248,000 nt of DNA, taken from contig NZ_JMCB01000001.1 in assembly GCF_000737315.1 (NCBI RefSeq), positions 20,001 through 268,000 on the forward strand, in the 5' to 3' direction. The stretch comes from Hyalangium minutum (GTDB lineage Bacteria; Myxococcota; Myxococcia; Myxococcales; Myxococcaceae). A program made the translations under genes and the position numbers. Below, one piece after another: positions 59,984-69,872 of the stretch (position 1 is the stretch's first letter; every line of letters starts with the position of its first letter). The notes beneath the pieces were generated by a model that worked only from the letters and a program-made list of their open reading frames with translations, did no database searches and was not told the origin of the DNA.

Positions 59984-60745
59984 ATGCGGAAACTCCCCCT
60001 CGTCGCAGTGCTGCCGCTCACCCTGTCCCTCGAGGCCTGCGGCCCCGAAGCGCTAGAGGAGGAGCCGGTGGAAGAGTTCGGAGCGCTCCAGAGCGCCAAG
60101 CAGGAGTTGACCTTCGCGGCTCGGGGATCCTGGGTGGCCCCCAACCCCGCCACGCCTCTGGCCTCCACGTCCGACCGGGCCTGCTTCTTCACGCGCCTGG
60201 GCGGGGCCTTCGATACGGGCGGAGACTCGCTCCGCATCGCCGCACTGTGGGAGCGGTGGCATGTCGACGGAACGGGCTCGACGCGGGCCGCCGCCGCATG
60301 CGCCGGGATGCGCGACACCCATGAATACACCACAGGCTACGATTGGGCCGCGGGCCAGCAGCCGACGAACCTGGGCCCGGTGAATGGCCGGGTGTGCTTC
60401 CTGACGCGTGTGGGCGGGAGCTTCAACCACCCGACGGACTGGATCGGCGTGTACCAGAGTGGAGGCTCGTGGTTCCTGTCAGGAGCCTCGCAAGCTCGGA
60501 ATGGCTCCGCGCGTGCGCGGTGCCTCACGGTGGACTCCTACAGCGGCGAGTACTCGTGGAGCCAGGAGGCTCGCAACTCCACGTACATGGGGCTCGCGGG
60601 GAACAAGGTCTGCGCCCTCACATCCATGGCGGGACAGTTCGACAGCGACAACGAGTTCGTCGAGATCAGCAAGGCCGTGGGCAACTGGTACCTCAGCGGA
60701 GGCTCCTCGCGCTCGGGAGTCTCCGCCAAGGCCCGGTGCTTCTGA
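59984..60745 (+). CDS. lipoprotein with three Cys-containing internal repeats
   Basis: lipobox LEAC; RACFFTRLGG / RVCFLTRVGG / KVCALTSMAG. Confidence 0.7.
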   Translation: MRKLPLVAVLPLTLSLEACGPEALEEEPVEEFGALQSAKQELTFAARGSWVAPNPATPLASTSDRACFFTRLGGAFDTGGDSLRIAALWERWHVDGTGSTRAAAACAGMRDTHEYTTGYDWAAGQQPTNLGPVNGRVCFLTRVGGSFNHPTDWIGVYQSGGSWFLSGASQARNGSARARCLTVDSYSGEYSWSQEARNSTYMGLAGNKVCALTSMAGQFDSDNEFVEISKAVGNWYLSGGSSRSGVSAKARCF

Positions 60746-60775
60746 GGCGCCGTCCTCACGCCCCTCTCCTGCAGC

Positions 60776-62278
60776 CTAGGGGAGCCTCTCGGACTGCGAG
60801 TGGCGAGACGACTCATCGCATTCATCCTCAGGCCGGAAGGGCAAGGCCCACAGCTCCCGGCCAGCGCTGTCTTCCGCGGTGAAGAAGACATCCCAGCCCG
60901 AGCGCACGAAGCCGCTCGGCGAGGACGAGGCAGGCCCCGGGTTCAACTCCTTCAGTCGCTCGGTGCCTGACGTCGTGCCATCGCTCACCCACAGTTCGCG
61001 GCCTCGCCCCCCTGTCTCCGCGCTGAAGAAGAGCGTGCCTTGAATGGCAGTGAGTCCCTCGGGTGAAGACGAGCCCGGCCCACGCTCCAGGTCCTTGAAG
61101 AGGCGCGTTCCCCCGGCAGTGCCGTCCGTCACCCACAGCTCGCGACCCTTGCCTCCGCCATTGTCCGCAGCGAAGAAGACGCGCCCGTTCAGCACCGCGA
61201 GCGCTTCGGGCGCGGAGCTCTCCGGGCCAGGACGGATGTCCTTGATCAGCCGCGTCCCCTTCACGGTGCCGTCGCTCGTCCACAGCTCCTCTCCCTCGGG
61301 CTCTCCACCGAAGTCCGTGCCGTTGAAGTTCCCGCCCGCGCTGAACACGAGCCGGTTTCCAAGCGCCACGAAGTCATGCGGGTACTCGCCATGGAAGAAG
61401 CGCAGCTCGCGCGTGCTGGCCGGCGTGCCGTCCGTCTTCCACAGGCTGGCCTCGCCCTCGTCGTTGTCCACGAGGAAGAAGATGCGCGACTTCACCGGCG
61501 TGAGATTGAAAATGAAGTTGTCCTCGAAGCGCTCTAGCACGGAGACAGCACCCGGCTTGCCCATGCTGCGGAACACGTGGACGCTCCTGGGCTGGCTGCC
61601 CACGAAGTAGAAGGCTTGCTGCGTCCGCGCGAAGCGGCGAGGGAAGGTGCTCTCGGGTCCCGGGTTGAGCTCCTCCACCATGCGCGTGCCGCCCGCCGTG
61701 CCATCACTGCGCCACAGCTCTCCTCCATGCACACCGTCGTTCGCGCCGAAGTAGAGCACCCCATCGAACTCTTGGAAGCGGCGCTCGTCCCGGAAAGGAG
61801 AGGGGTCGATGGCGCTGTCTCCCCCGGGGAGGATGTCCTTCACGAGATGGGTGCCCGCGGCGGTCCCGTCGCTCACCCACAGCTCTTGCCCATTCACGCC
61901 GTTATCGGCCGAGAAGAAGACCTGGTCCCCCACCTGCGTGAGATCCTGCAGGTTCGAGCCCTCCGCTCCGGGACGGATATCCTTCACCAGGAAGGTGCCC
62001 GTGCCGCCCGTGCCGCTGCTGGCCCACAGCTCGCGTCCGTGAATGCCGTCATCCGCGGTGAAGAAGAGGAGGCGGTTACTGTTGACCAGTTCTTGCGGAT
62101 CAGAGCCGTCGGGGCCGGGACGGATATCCGCCAGCCGCTTGGCGGTGTCGCCACAGGGCTCCGAAGAGCTGGCGAGTGCCACAGCCTCGGTATCCGCGGA
62201 CGGGCCAGGATCCTCGAGGGGCTCCTGCGCAGAGGATACACAAGCCAAGAGCAGCGGAAGCAAGTGCCAGGGTTTCAC
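60776..62278 (-). CDS. ELWxxDGT repeat protein
   Basis: repeated GRELW.SDGT. Confidence 0.88.
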   Translation of the reverse strand: MKPWHLLPLLLACVSSAQEPLEDPGPSADTEAVALASSSEPCGDTAKRLADIRPGPDGSDPQELVNSNRLLFFTADDGIHGRELWASSGTGGTGTFLVKDIRPGAEGSNLQDLTQVGDQVFFSADNGVNGQELWVSDGTAAGTHLVKDILPGGDSAIDPSPFRDERRFQEFDGVLYFGANDGVHGGELWRSDGTAGGTRMVEELNPGPESTFPRRFARTQQAFYFVGSQPRSVHVFRSMGKPGAVSVLERFEDNFIFNLTPVKSRIFFLVDNDEGEASLWKTDGTPASTRELRFFHGEYPHDFVALGNRLVFSAGGNFNGTDFGGEPEGEELWTSDGTVKGTRLIKDIRPGPESSAPEALAVLNGRVFFAADNGGGKGRELWVTDGTAGGTRLFKDLERGPGSSSPEGLTAIQGTLFFSAETGGRGRELWVSDGTTSGTERLKELNPGPASSSPSGFVRSGWDVFFTAEDSAGRELWALPFRPEDECDESSRHSQSERLP

Positions 62279-62451
62279 GGACGTCTCCTTTGCGAGCCTG
62301 CCGGCCAAGCCGCGCCGAGCGCGCAGTCTGGTGCATGCCCACCTGGCGCATGAATGGCGCACCAGTGCGAGGGCACAGCCTCCGAGACGACAGCATGTCC
62401 CTGCCAGCACGGGAGTGAACCTGGCCCTTGGCCTCGAGGACACCCAGCACC

Positions 62452-62961
62452 TCACCCTCCAGCGGTGAGGGCTCCTTCGAACTCCAGCAGCCACTTTTTC
62501 GTGGGCAGCCCTCCGCCGAAGCCGGTGAGCGCTCCGTTGGAGCCGATCACCCGATGGCATGGCACGATGATCGGCAGAGGGTTCTGGCCATTGGCGAGGC
62601 CCACCGCGCGCACAGCCGTCGGCCGGCCGATGCGGCTCGCGATGTGGGCATAGGTGACGGTCTGGCCGAAGGGGATGCGGCTCAGGGCCTGCCACACCTG
62701 CTGCTGGAACTCCGTGCCGCTCGGGGCGAGCTTCACGCCCTCGAAGGCCATCCGTTTCCCGGCGAAGTACTCCTGGAGCGCTGTGCTCGCGTCCGCGAGG
62801 TGAGCGCGGGCGAGCGCCGTTCCCTGTGCCACCGGCAGATCCTGCTCGTCAATGGGGAACAGCACGGCGACGAGGCCCTCCTCGTTCGCGGCGAGCCTCA
62901 GCTCTCCGATGGGTGTCTTCAGGCGCTTCGTGGCCATCGCGTCGGTCATGCGGATCTTCAT
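62452..62961 (-). CDS. ogt: methylated-DNA-protein-cysteine methyltransferase
   Basis: IVPCHRVIGSNG. Confidence 0.9.
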   Translation of the reverse strand: MKIRMTDAMATKRLKTPIGELRLAANEEGLVAVLFPIDEQDLPVAQGTALARAHLADASTALQEYFAGKRMAFEGVKLAPSGTEFQQQVWQALSRIPFGQTVTYAHIASRIGRPTAVRAVGLANGQNPLPIIVPCHRVIGSNGALTGFGGGLPTKKWLLEFEGALTAGG

Positions 62962-62977
62962 GGTGGGTCCTCCCAAA

Positions 62978-64462
62978 TCAGGCTGCGGAGCTCGAGGTCC
63001 GCTCGAGCATCGGCTCCGTCCACAGCAACAGCGCCGCGTAGCCGCGCCAGGGCCGCCACGCCTCCGCCATCCGTTCGAGCGCCCGAGGTGCAATGGGCAC
63101 TCCACCGCCCGCCACCTTGCGCAGGCCGAGGTCCGCCGAGGGAAAGGCATCCGGTTCGCCCAGGGCGCGCAGGGCCACGTAGTGAGCCGTCCACTCGCCA
63201 ATTCCTGGCAGTGTCACGAGCCTCGCGACGCTCTCTTCCAGGCTTACGCTTGGCTTCAGCTCGCAGGCTCCCGAAGCACATGCCGCAGCCAGCCCCTTCA
63301 AGGCCTGCTCTCGCCCCGTCGTGAGCCCAAGCCCTGACAGGTCCGCGCGGGCCAGTTCCTCGGGAGATGGGAAGAGATGGGTGAGGCCGTTCCTCGGCGA
63401 GGGGAGCGGCGTGCCGCTGCGCTGGACCACGCGCCCCGCCAACGTCGTGGCCCCCTTCACGGAGACCTGCTGGCCCAGCACGGCCCGGATCGCCAGCTCG
63501 AAGGGCTCGAATGCTCCTGGGACGCGCAGCCCTCGCGCCTGCGCAAGCCGAGGCCCGACGATCGGATCGTCTCCGAGCGCCGCTGTGATTGCCGCCGGAT
63601 CCGCGTCCAGGTCGAACAGCCGGCGCACACGCGCCACGATCTGCCGCACGGGCAGCGCGCCGGCCCCGTCGATCCGGACTGACAGCGCGTGCCGATCCGG
63701 CTGATGGGTGACCTCGATCGTGCCGGTGCTGCCACCGAGCCGGTAGGTCCGGCGGTACGTCTCCGCGTCCACCTGCTCAACGCCCGGAATCGCCCGCCCT
63801 GCTAGGTAGGCAAGGACTCGGGCCCAGTCGAAGGGCGGACGGTAGCCGAGCCTCAAAGAGATGGCCGCAGCCGCTGGGGTACCGCTGGCCTTGGAAGCCC
63901 GGCGGAGCTCGCTGGGGTTGCGGCGGTAGACGGTCCGCACGGCGTCATTGAAGCGGCGGAGGCTCTGGAAACCCGCAGCCGCCGCAATCTCGCTGAAGGG
64001 TAGCTCTGTCTCGGTAATGAGCTGCTTGGCCAGTAACAGGCGCCGGTTGCCCGCCACCGCCTGGGGGCTCGCACCCAGGTGCTTCACAAACAGCCGGTGG
64101 AGCTGCCGGGCGCCGATGCCCACCCGTGCGGCGAGCTGCTCGACCGAGCCCTCGTCGAGCGCTCCCTCTTCGATCATCCTCAGGGCCCGCGCCACGCTGG
64201 CCTCGGTTCCCGCCCAGGCGGGGGTGCCAGGGGCCGTCTCCGGGCGGCAGCGCAGGCAAGAGCGGTAGCCGAGGGCCTCAGCTGCAGCGGCGCTTGGGAC
64301 GAAGAAGCAGTTCTCCCGCTTTGGCGTCCGGGCCGGGCACACCGGGCGGCAGTAGATCCGCGTGGTCTTGACGCAGACAAAGAAGCGCCCGTCGAACCGA
64401 GCGTCACGCCCACAGAGCGCGCGGTAACAGAGGTCCTGGTCAAGGAGGTCGTCAGCGGCCAT
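62978..64462 (-). CDS. alkA: Ada/AlkA fusion (Zn-Ada, AraC HTH, 3-meA glycosylase)
   Basis: IYCRPVCPAR..CLRCRP; LPGIGEWTA..D. Confidence 0.9.
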   Translation of the reverse strand: MAADDLLDQDLCYRALCGRDARFDGRFFVCVKTTRIYCRPVCPARTPKRENCFFVPSAAAAEALGYRSCLRCRPETAPGTPAWAGTEASVARALRMIEEGALDEGSVEQLAARVGIGARQLHRLFVKHLGASPQAVAGNRRLLLAKQLITETELPFSEIAAAAGFQSLRRFNDAVRTVYRRNPSELRRASKASGTPAAAAISLRLGYRPPFDWARVLAYLAGRAIPGVEQVDAETYRRTYRLGGSTGTIEVTHQPDRHALSVRIDGAGALPVRQIVARVRRLFDLDADPAAITAALGDDPIVGPRLAQARGLRVPGAFEPFELAIRAVLGQQVSVKGATTLAGRVVQRSGTPLPSPRNGLTHLFPSPEELARADLSGLGLTTGREQALKGLAAACASGACELKPSVSLEESVARLVTLPGIGEWTAHYVALRALGEPDAFPSADLGLRKVAGGGVPIAPRALERMAEAWRPWRGYAALLLWTEPMLERTSSSAA

Positions 64463-64534
64463 GGGGTGCAGATATCGCGTCCCTGCCCCGGGCGCTCGCC
64501 AGAATCGGACGTGACGGTATGGGTAGGATTCGGA

Positions 64535-65668
64535 CTACTGGGCGAGGTATGCGTCCAGCTCATCCCGGAAATAGCGCAGCCCCTGCTCGAAGCGCGCAAG
64601 CCGCATGAACTCGTTCGCCCCCGAGCTCAGCCCGGCCTGGATGGACTCGCCCATCGTCATGTCCTCCATCACCGCGCCCACCAGGATGTCCATGTTCTTC
64701 TGCCAGTAGCGCGCCGCCTTCTCCGTCTCCGGCCGCTGCGGCAGCAGCCAGAACGTCCGGTACTCCGTCCGGTCTGGCCCCAGCGGATGCACCGTGCTGA
64801 TCGACACGTGATCCGGCTGGATCAGCAGCAGCACGTTCGGGAAGAGCTGGAACAGCACGTTGGCGTGCTTGCGCAGCTCCCACCCCTGCTCCGGCGCCCC
64901 CGCCAGCTCCTGGATGGTCCGCTTGGGGAAGATGCAGCGGATGTGCGGCGGCAGCCGATCCACCAGCCCCACGTTGTTGAAGAAGATCGGGTAGATGGAC
65001 TCCCGATGCGCGTACTTGAGGTGGTACGCCTCCAGGAAGATCTCGATCGCGATCTTCCAGTTGAGCCGCTTCTCGAAGCGATGGATCTGGTGCGCCACGT
65101 GCCGCTCCAGCCCGAAGCCCGCCAGTTCGCCCAGCACCGGGCCGAGGAAGGAGTCCACGTCTGGCCCGCCGGGCTCCAGCGTTACCCACAGCAAGCCCAG
65201 CCGCTCCACCATCGGCACCCGGACCAGGCCCACCGTCTCCGAAGGCCGGCTCGGGAACCCCACTTCGTCCGGAACTCCGCGCAGCCGCCCGGAGGAGTCA
65301 TAAGTCCAGCCATGGTACGGGCACACGAAGGCCTGCTTGTGCCGCCCCTGCTCCTCCCGCACCAGCCGCGTGCCCCGGTGGCGACAGACATTCAGGAAGC
65401 ACGTCAGCTCGCCCGAGGCCGTCCGGCACAACAGCAGCGGCGTCCCCGTCGCGTCATGCGTCAGGTAGTCGCCGGGCTCGGCCAGCTGGGACGCGTGGCC
65501 CACGAGCAGCGGCAGCTTGCGAAACAGCCGCCGCTCCGCCTCGTAGCGCTCCGGCTGGAGGTACGGCGCAACGGGCAGCCGCGACTCCTCCTCCACCATG
65601 TGCGTGGTGCCCGTGCGCAAGTGCTCCAGCACCCGGTGGATCAGCTCAACCTGCTTCGCGTGCTCCAC
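64535..65668 (-). CDS. Rieske aromatic ring-hydroxylating oxygenase alpha subunit
   Basis: NVCRHRG...CPYHGWTY; NWK..E.FLEAYH. Confidence 0.88.
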   Translation of the reverse strand: MEHAKQVELIHRVLEHLRTGTTHMVEEESRLPVAPYLQPERYEAERRLFRKLPLLVGHASQLAEPGDYLTHDATGTPLLLCRTASGELTCFLNVCRHRGTRLVREEQGRHKQAFVCPYHGWTYDSSGRLRGVPDEVGFPSRPSETVGLVRVPMVERLGLLWVTLEPGGPDVDSFLGPVLGELAGFGLERHVAHQIHRFEKRLNWKIAIEIFLEAYHLKYAHRESIYPIFFNNVGLVDRLPPHIRCIFPKRTIQELAGAPEQGWELRKHANVLFQLFPNVLLLIQPDHVSISTVHPLGPDRTEYRTFWLLPQRPETEKAARYWQKNMDILVGAVMEDMTMGESIQAGLSSGANEFMRLARFEQGLRYFRDELDAYLAQ

Positions 65669-65710
65669 GGCGATCCTCCGGGCCAGGCCTGGCGGCGTGC
65701 GGCCGGAAGC

Positions 65711-66127
65711 TTACCCCCAGGGCCGCAGGATCAGCAGGTAGATCGGGAGCGCGGCCTCGAGGGCGTAGGTCGACAGCGCGCCCGGAATCTGGATGGCGGA
65801 TGAGCCCTTGATCAGCCCCACCGCGTGAAGGATGCGCGACACGACCAGCGCGCCCCCAAAGATGTGGAGCAGTGTCGAGGAGCCGCCACACAGCTCGGCC
65901 GCCAGCAGCAGGATGAGGAGCAGCGGCACGTGCTCCACGCTGTTGCCATGCGCACGGATCGCGCCGATCAGCTCGGCATGTCCCCCATCGCCTCGGAACG
66001 TGTTGTACTTGCCGCGCAGCCGGCTCACGTTGAGCCCCAGCCCCAAGAGCAGCAGAGAGCTCAGGGCTCCGTAGAGCGCTGTCACCGGGACCGCCACCAG
66101 CGCCGTCCCCAAAAGCGGATTGGCCAT
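65711..66127 (-). CDS. MAPEG family membrane protein
   Basis: IRAHGNSVEHVP; SRILHAVG. Confidence 0.85.
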   Translation of the reverse strand: MANPLLGTALVAVPVTALYGALSSLLLLGLGLNVSRLRGKYNTFRGDGGHAELIGAIRAHGNSVEHVPLLLILLLAAELCGGSSTLLHIFGGALVVSRILHAVGLIKGSSAIQIPGALSTYALEAALPIYLLILRPWG

Positions 66128-66211
66128 TGTCTTCACCTCTTCCATCGAGTCCGGGCCGCACCATAAACGCATCCCGGACTCCTGGCAGGTTTTGACGCGG
66201 GCCCAGCCTCC

Positions 66212-69200
66212 TCACCACGGCAGGGAGAAGAAGCTCACCTCCTTCACGGGCTCCGTCGCCACGGGCCCGGGAAGCAGCATCGCGCCGTCCGTTGTCAGCA
66301 GCAGTGTGCCGCCCGGCACCGCCATCGCGTCGTTCACGTCCCGCGTGGGCAGGAGCACCGCCCGCTTGCCGCCGTCCGCGCTCACCCGAACCGAGGGCAT
66401 GCCCAGGCCGCCCACCCACACCGTGTCACCCACCGCCTTCAGCGCGCGCAGTGGCACCCACTGGCCCTCCAAGCCCTGCACCTTCGACGCCCGGCCCTCC
66501 TTCACCGCGTACACCCCGCTGGCGTACGTGCCGACCCACACCGAGTCCCCGCGCGTCAGCAGCGCCGTCACCCAACCGCCCCGGTAGCCCTCCGCCGCGC
66601 CGAGCCGCTCACCCCGCCCGCCCTCGAAGCGGTACAGCCCATCCATGCCACCGGCCCACAGCGTCCCCTCCTGCCACGCCACCGCGAAGAACTTGCCCGC
66701 ATCCACCCCGGACTGCAGGTCCACCCGCCGCACCTGCGCTCCCGCAGACACCACCAGCAGCCCGCGGCTCGTCGCCACCGCCAGGCCCTCCGGTCCCACC
66801 GCGAGATCGTGCGCGCTCGCCTCGTGGATGCGCTCCACGCGCAGCCCCTTGCCCGAGCGGCTCAGCCGCAGCAGCCCGGCCTCCGTCCCCGCCCACAGTG
66901 CCCCATCGAACGAGGCCAGCGCGTTCACCTGCGCCTCACGCACATCGAGCTCCAGCGACACCGGCTCGGCCTGGTTCCCCGCCCACCGCCACAGCCCCGA
67001 GTCGAACCCGCCCAGGTACACCTCGCCCTCGAAGCGCGCCGCCGCCATCATCGCCGCCGAGCCCGCAGGCAGGGACAGCTGCGACAGCGCCACGTAGCGA
67101 TCGCGCCCCTTCTGCAGGAAGCGTCCGCTCCCGCTCGCCACCTCCACACCTCCCGCCGCCATCGAGAGCGAGAGCACGTGCGGGTGTGCGAACTTCGTGC
67201 GCAGCGCCCGCCCGCCCGTCACCCGCCACAGCCCGTTGTAGGCCGTGCCCACCAGCACGTCGCGCCCATCGGACACCACCCCCGTCACGTACACGCTGCC
67301 CACGTCCAGCTTGCTCCGCTCCAGCTTCTCTCCTCGCAGCTCCTTCAGGCCCTCGCCCAGCACGCCCACCAGCACCGTGCCCTCCGGCAGCGTCACCAGC
67401 CCTGTCACCGGGTGGCTCGGGAACGTGCCCACCGCGTGCGCCGTGCAGCGCTCCATTTCCTTTGCACAGGACAGGGAGACCAGCTCGCCGCTCTGCGTGC
67501 CGAAGAGCGCCGCACCGCCCTCCAGCGGCAGCACCGCCGTCAGCGCCAGCGAGGTGAGCGGCGCCTCGGCGTGCGCGTAGCGAAGCTCCTTCCCGGCCAC
67601 CGTGAGCCGCACCTCTTCGCCCACCAGCCGCAGGCCCTGGCCCTCCACCGACAGCGCCGGCACCTCGCGCTGGAGCGAAGTGCGAGAGGCCACCGCCACC
67701 GCCTCGTCCTCCACCATCGCGCTCAGCGTGTGGTTCTCCCACGTGAAGGCCAGGTGCACCGTGTTGCCCGCCCGGTCCCGCGCCACCACCGTGAAGGCCG
67801 AAGGCAGCTCCGTGAGCGGCACCAGCCACTCGCCCGAGAGCGCGCTCAGCGTCCGCGTCCACGTGTTGGCGCCCTCCAACCGCACGCCGCCCAGCTCCTG
67901 CCCCGCCTCCGCCGAGGTGATGCGCAGCACTCCCCGCTCCGTGTCCGCCTCCACCGCCACCGCCGGGCCCGCGTCATCCAACCGGTACCACGCGCGCTCC
68001 TGCCTCACCCGGCCGTCCGTGTAGCGCTTGAACACCTCCACCGCGTACAGCCGATCCGTCCACCCCCGCGGCACCAGGAAGCGATCCACGAACACGCCCT
68101 CCTTCGCGTCGTACACCAGCCGCCGGGCCTCGCCGAACGGGTACCACGCCGTCACCTCCTCCAGCCCCGGCTCCACCCGCGCCGTGAGCAGCGGATCGCC
68201 CGGCTTGATCGAATCCAGGCTTAGCTCGGGCGAGGACACCTGCAGCGCCGTGAACGCCGTGGGGATCTTCTCCTTCAGGCTCGTCTCGATGATGCGCTGC
68301 TTCAGCTCCGGATCCGGCGAGCGCTTGTACGCCGCCATCCACGTCGCCAGCTGGCGCTCGAAGTAGCCGCGCCGCACCGCACGGCCCTCGGGAGACTCGG
68401 GGCTGCGCACCGTCACCGGCACCTGCCGCCCCACCTGCCGCCCCTCGATGTGCGCCGCCACCTCCAGCGGAGCCTCCGAGGTGCTGAGGAAGAACAGGCG
68501 CAGCAGGCCGCCCTCGGCCACGCGCCGGCTCGAGCTGCCCATGGGCTCCACGCCGTGCCCGTCCTGCGTCAGCGCCGTCACCTCCAGCACCGGCAGCACC
68601 AGCTCGTCCGCCTGGGCGCGCAGCTTCGCCATCGCCTCCACCTCGGGATCGAACACCCGGGCGGACAGGGGCACCTGCCCCTCCATGAACGCGCGCTCGT
68701 GCGCATCCGCCAGGAAGACGAACGAGGGCAACAGCGGGAGGATCTGCTCGAAGCCCGCGAGCTGCAGGTCCGTCACGCCCACGCAGCGCACCTCCGGCGT
68801 GCGGCAGCGCGCGTCATCCATGGCCCGCGCAAACGAGGCCCCATGCGTGGTGTGCCCCGCCGTGCCGTCCAGCAGCGCCTTCACCACCGCCGCCGCGTCC
68901 CCGCTCGCCCGCTGCTCGCGGACCGTGTCTCCCACCGCGAACACCCGCACCGGCGCCGCCGACTGGTCCTGCAGGCGATCCACCAGCGCCTCGAGCGCCG
69001 CCCGGCGACGCCGCATGGAGAACGAGGCGTCCACATACAGGCGCAACTCCTTATAAGGAGCGCGCCACTCCCCGGCGTTGTTCAGCGCCACCCTCAGCCC
69101 CACCGCGGAGCTGCCGTCCTCCAGCTTCACCGCGTCCGCGCCGTAGGACAGCGGCGCGCCCTTCTCGCTCCACCACACCTCCACCGGCTTGTCCGTGGAG

Positions 69201-69832
69201 AACACCAGCCGCGTGCCGCGCTCGGAGCGGCCGAGCTGCGCGAACCGCGCCCCTTCCACGCCCACGTCCGCCAGCGGCTCCTCCGTCTGGACGTCCACCA
69301 CCACGGACGAGGCCGCCCGCCCCTGTCCCAGGAAGCGATCCACCGCCAGCGCCACCTGGCTGCGCCCCATCTCCCGCGCCACTGGCACCCGCAGCGTCAC
69401 CTCCACCCGCTGCAGGGCGCCCTCCCTCACCGGGTACACGGAGAAGCGCTGCACGCCCGCGTCCGTCTTCAGCAGCGCCGTGGCCCGCCCCTCCCCCGCG
69501 GCCTTCTCGTGCGCGGCCTCCGCCTCGCCCTTCTCCTTCAGCTCGGCGGCCAAGAAGCGCTCGCCCTGCCAGAAGCCGAAGGACACCACCGTGGCGCCCT
69601 CGGGCAGGTGGAGCTGGTAGTCCGCCTGGCCCAGCTCCGGCCCCGCGTTGTGGAACACCTGGACGAGGCGCACCTCCGCGTCCTCCCCACGTGCGTCCAC
69701 GTACAGGGACTGGCTCACCAGCGGGAGCTGGCGTGCCTCCGTGAAGAGGCCCGCCTTCTGGTTGTCCTGTGCACGGGCGGGCAGCGAGAGAAGCAGCAGG
69801 GAGACGAGGAAGCAGCAGCGAGCGGTGGTCAT
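66212..69832 (-). CDS. secreted VIT-domain protein with degenerate vWA and C-terminal beta-propeller
   Basis: VIT pattern (VQVFHN..ADYQLHLPEGATV); DASFSM; propeller repeats. Confidence 0.7.
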   Translation of the reverse strand: MTTARCCFLVSLLLLSLPARAQDNQKAGLFTEARQLPLVSQSLYVDARGEDAEVRLVQVFHNAGPELGQADYQLHLPEGATVVSFGFWQGERFLAAELKEKGEAEAAHEKAAGEGRATALLKTDAGVQRFSVYPVREGALQRVEVTLRVPVAREMGRSQVALAVDRFLGQGRAASSVVVDVQTEEPLADVGVEGARFAQLGRSERGTRLVFSTDKPVEVWWSEKGAPLSYGADAVKLEDGSSAVGLRVALNNAGEWRAPYKELRLYVDASFSMRRRRAALEALVDRLQDQSAAPVRVFAVGDTVREQRASGDAAAVVKALLDGTAGHTTHGASFARAMDDARCRTPEVRCVGVTDLQLAGFEQILPLLPSFVFLADAHERAFMEGQVPLSARVFDPEVEAMAKLRAQADELVLPVLEVTALTQDGHGVEPMGSSSRRVAEGGLLRLFFLSTSEAPLEVAAHIEGRQVGRQVPVTVRSPESPEGRAVRRGYFERQLATWMAAYKRSPDPELKQRIIETSLKEKIPTAFTALQVSSPELSLDSIKPGDPLLTARVEPGLEEVTAWYPFGEARRLVYDAKEGVFVDRFLVPRGWTDRLYAVEVFKRYTDGRVRQERAWYRLDDAGPAVAVEADTERGVLRITSAEAGQELGGVRLEGANTWTRTLSALSGEWLVPLTELPSAFTVVARDRAGNTVHLAFTWENHTLSAMVEDEAVAVASRTSLQREVPALSVEGQGLRLVGEEVRLTVAGKELRYAHAEAPLTSLALTAVLPLEGGAALFGTQSGELVSLSCAKEMERCTAHAVGTFPSHPVTGLVTLPEGTVLVGVLGEGLKELRGEKLERSKLDVGSVYVTGVVSDGRDVLVGTAYNGLWRVTGGRALRTKFAHPHVLSLSMAAGGVEVASGSGRFLQKGRDRYVALSQLSLPAGSAAMMAAARFEGEVYLGGFDSGLWRWAGNQAEPVSLELDVREAQVNALASFDGALWAGTEAGLLRLSRSGKGLRVERIHEASAHDLAVGPEGLAVATSRGLLVVSAGAQVRRVDLQSGVDAGKFFAVAWQEGTLWAGGMDGLYRFEGGRGERLGAAEGYRGGWVTALLTRGDSVWVGTYASGVYAVKEGRASKVQGLEGQWVPLRALKAVGDTVWVGGLGMPSVRVSADGGKRAVLLPTRDVNDAMAVPGGTLLLTTDGAMLLPGPVATEPVKEVSFFSLPW

Positions 69833-69872
69833 GGCAGTGGCTCGGTCAGGCAGGAGAGAAAGGGAGCGGACT

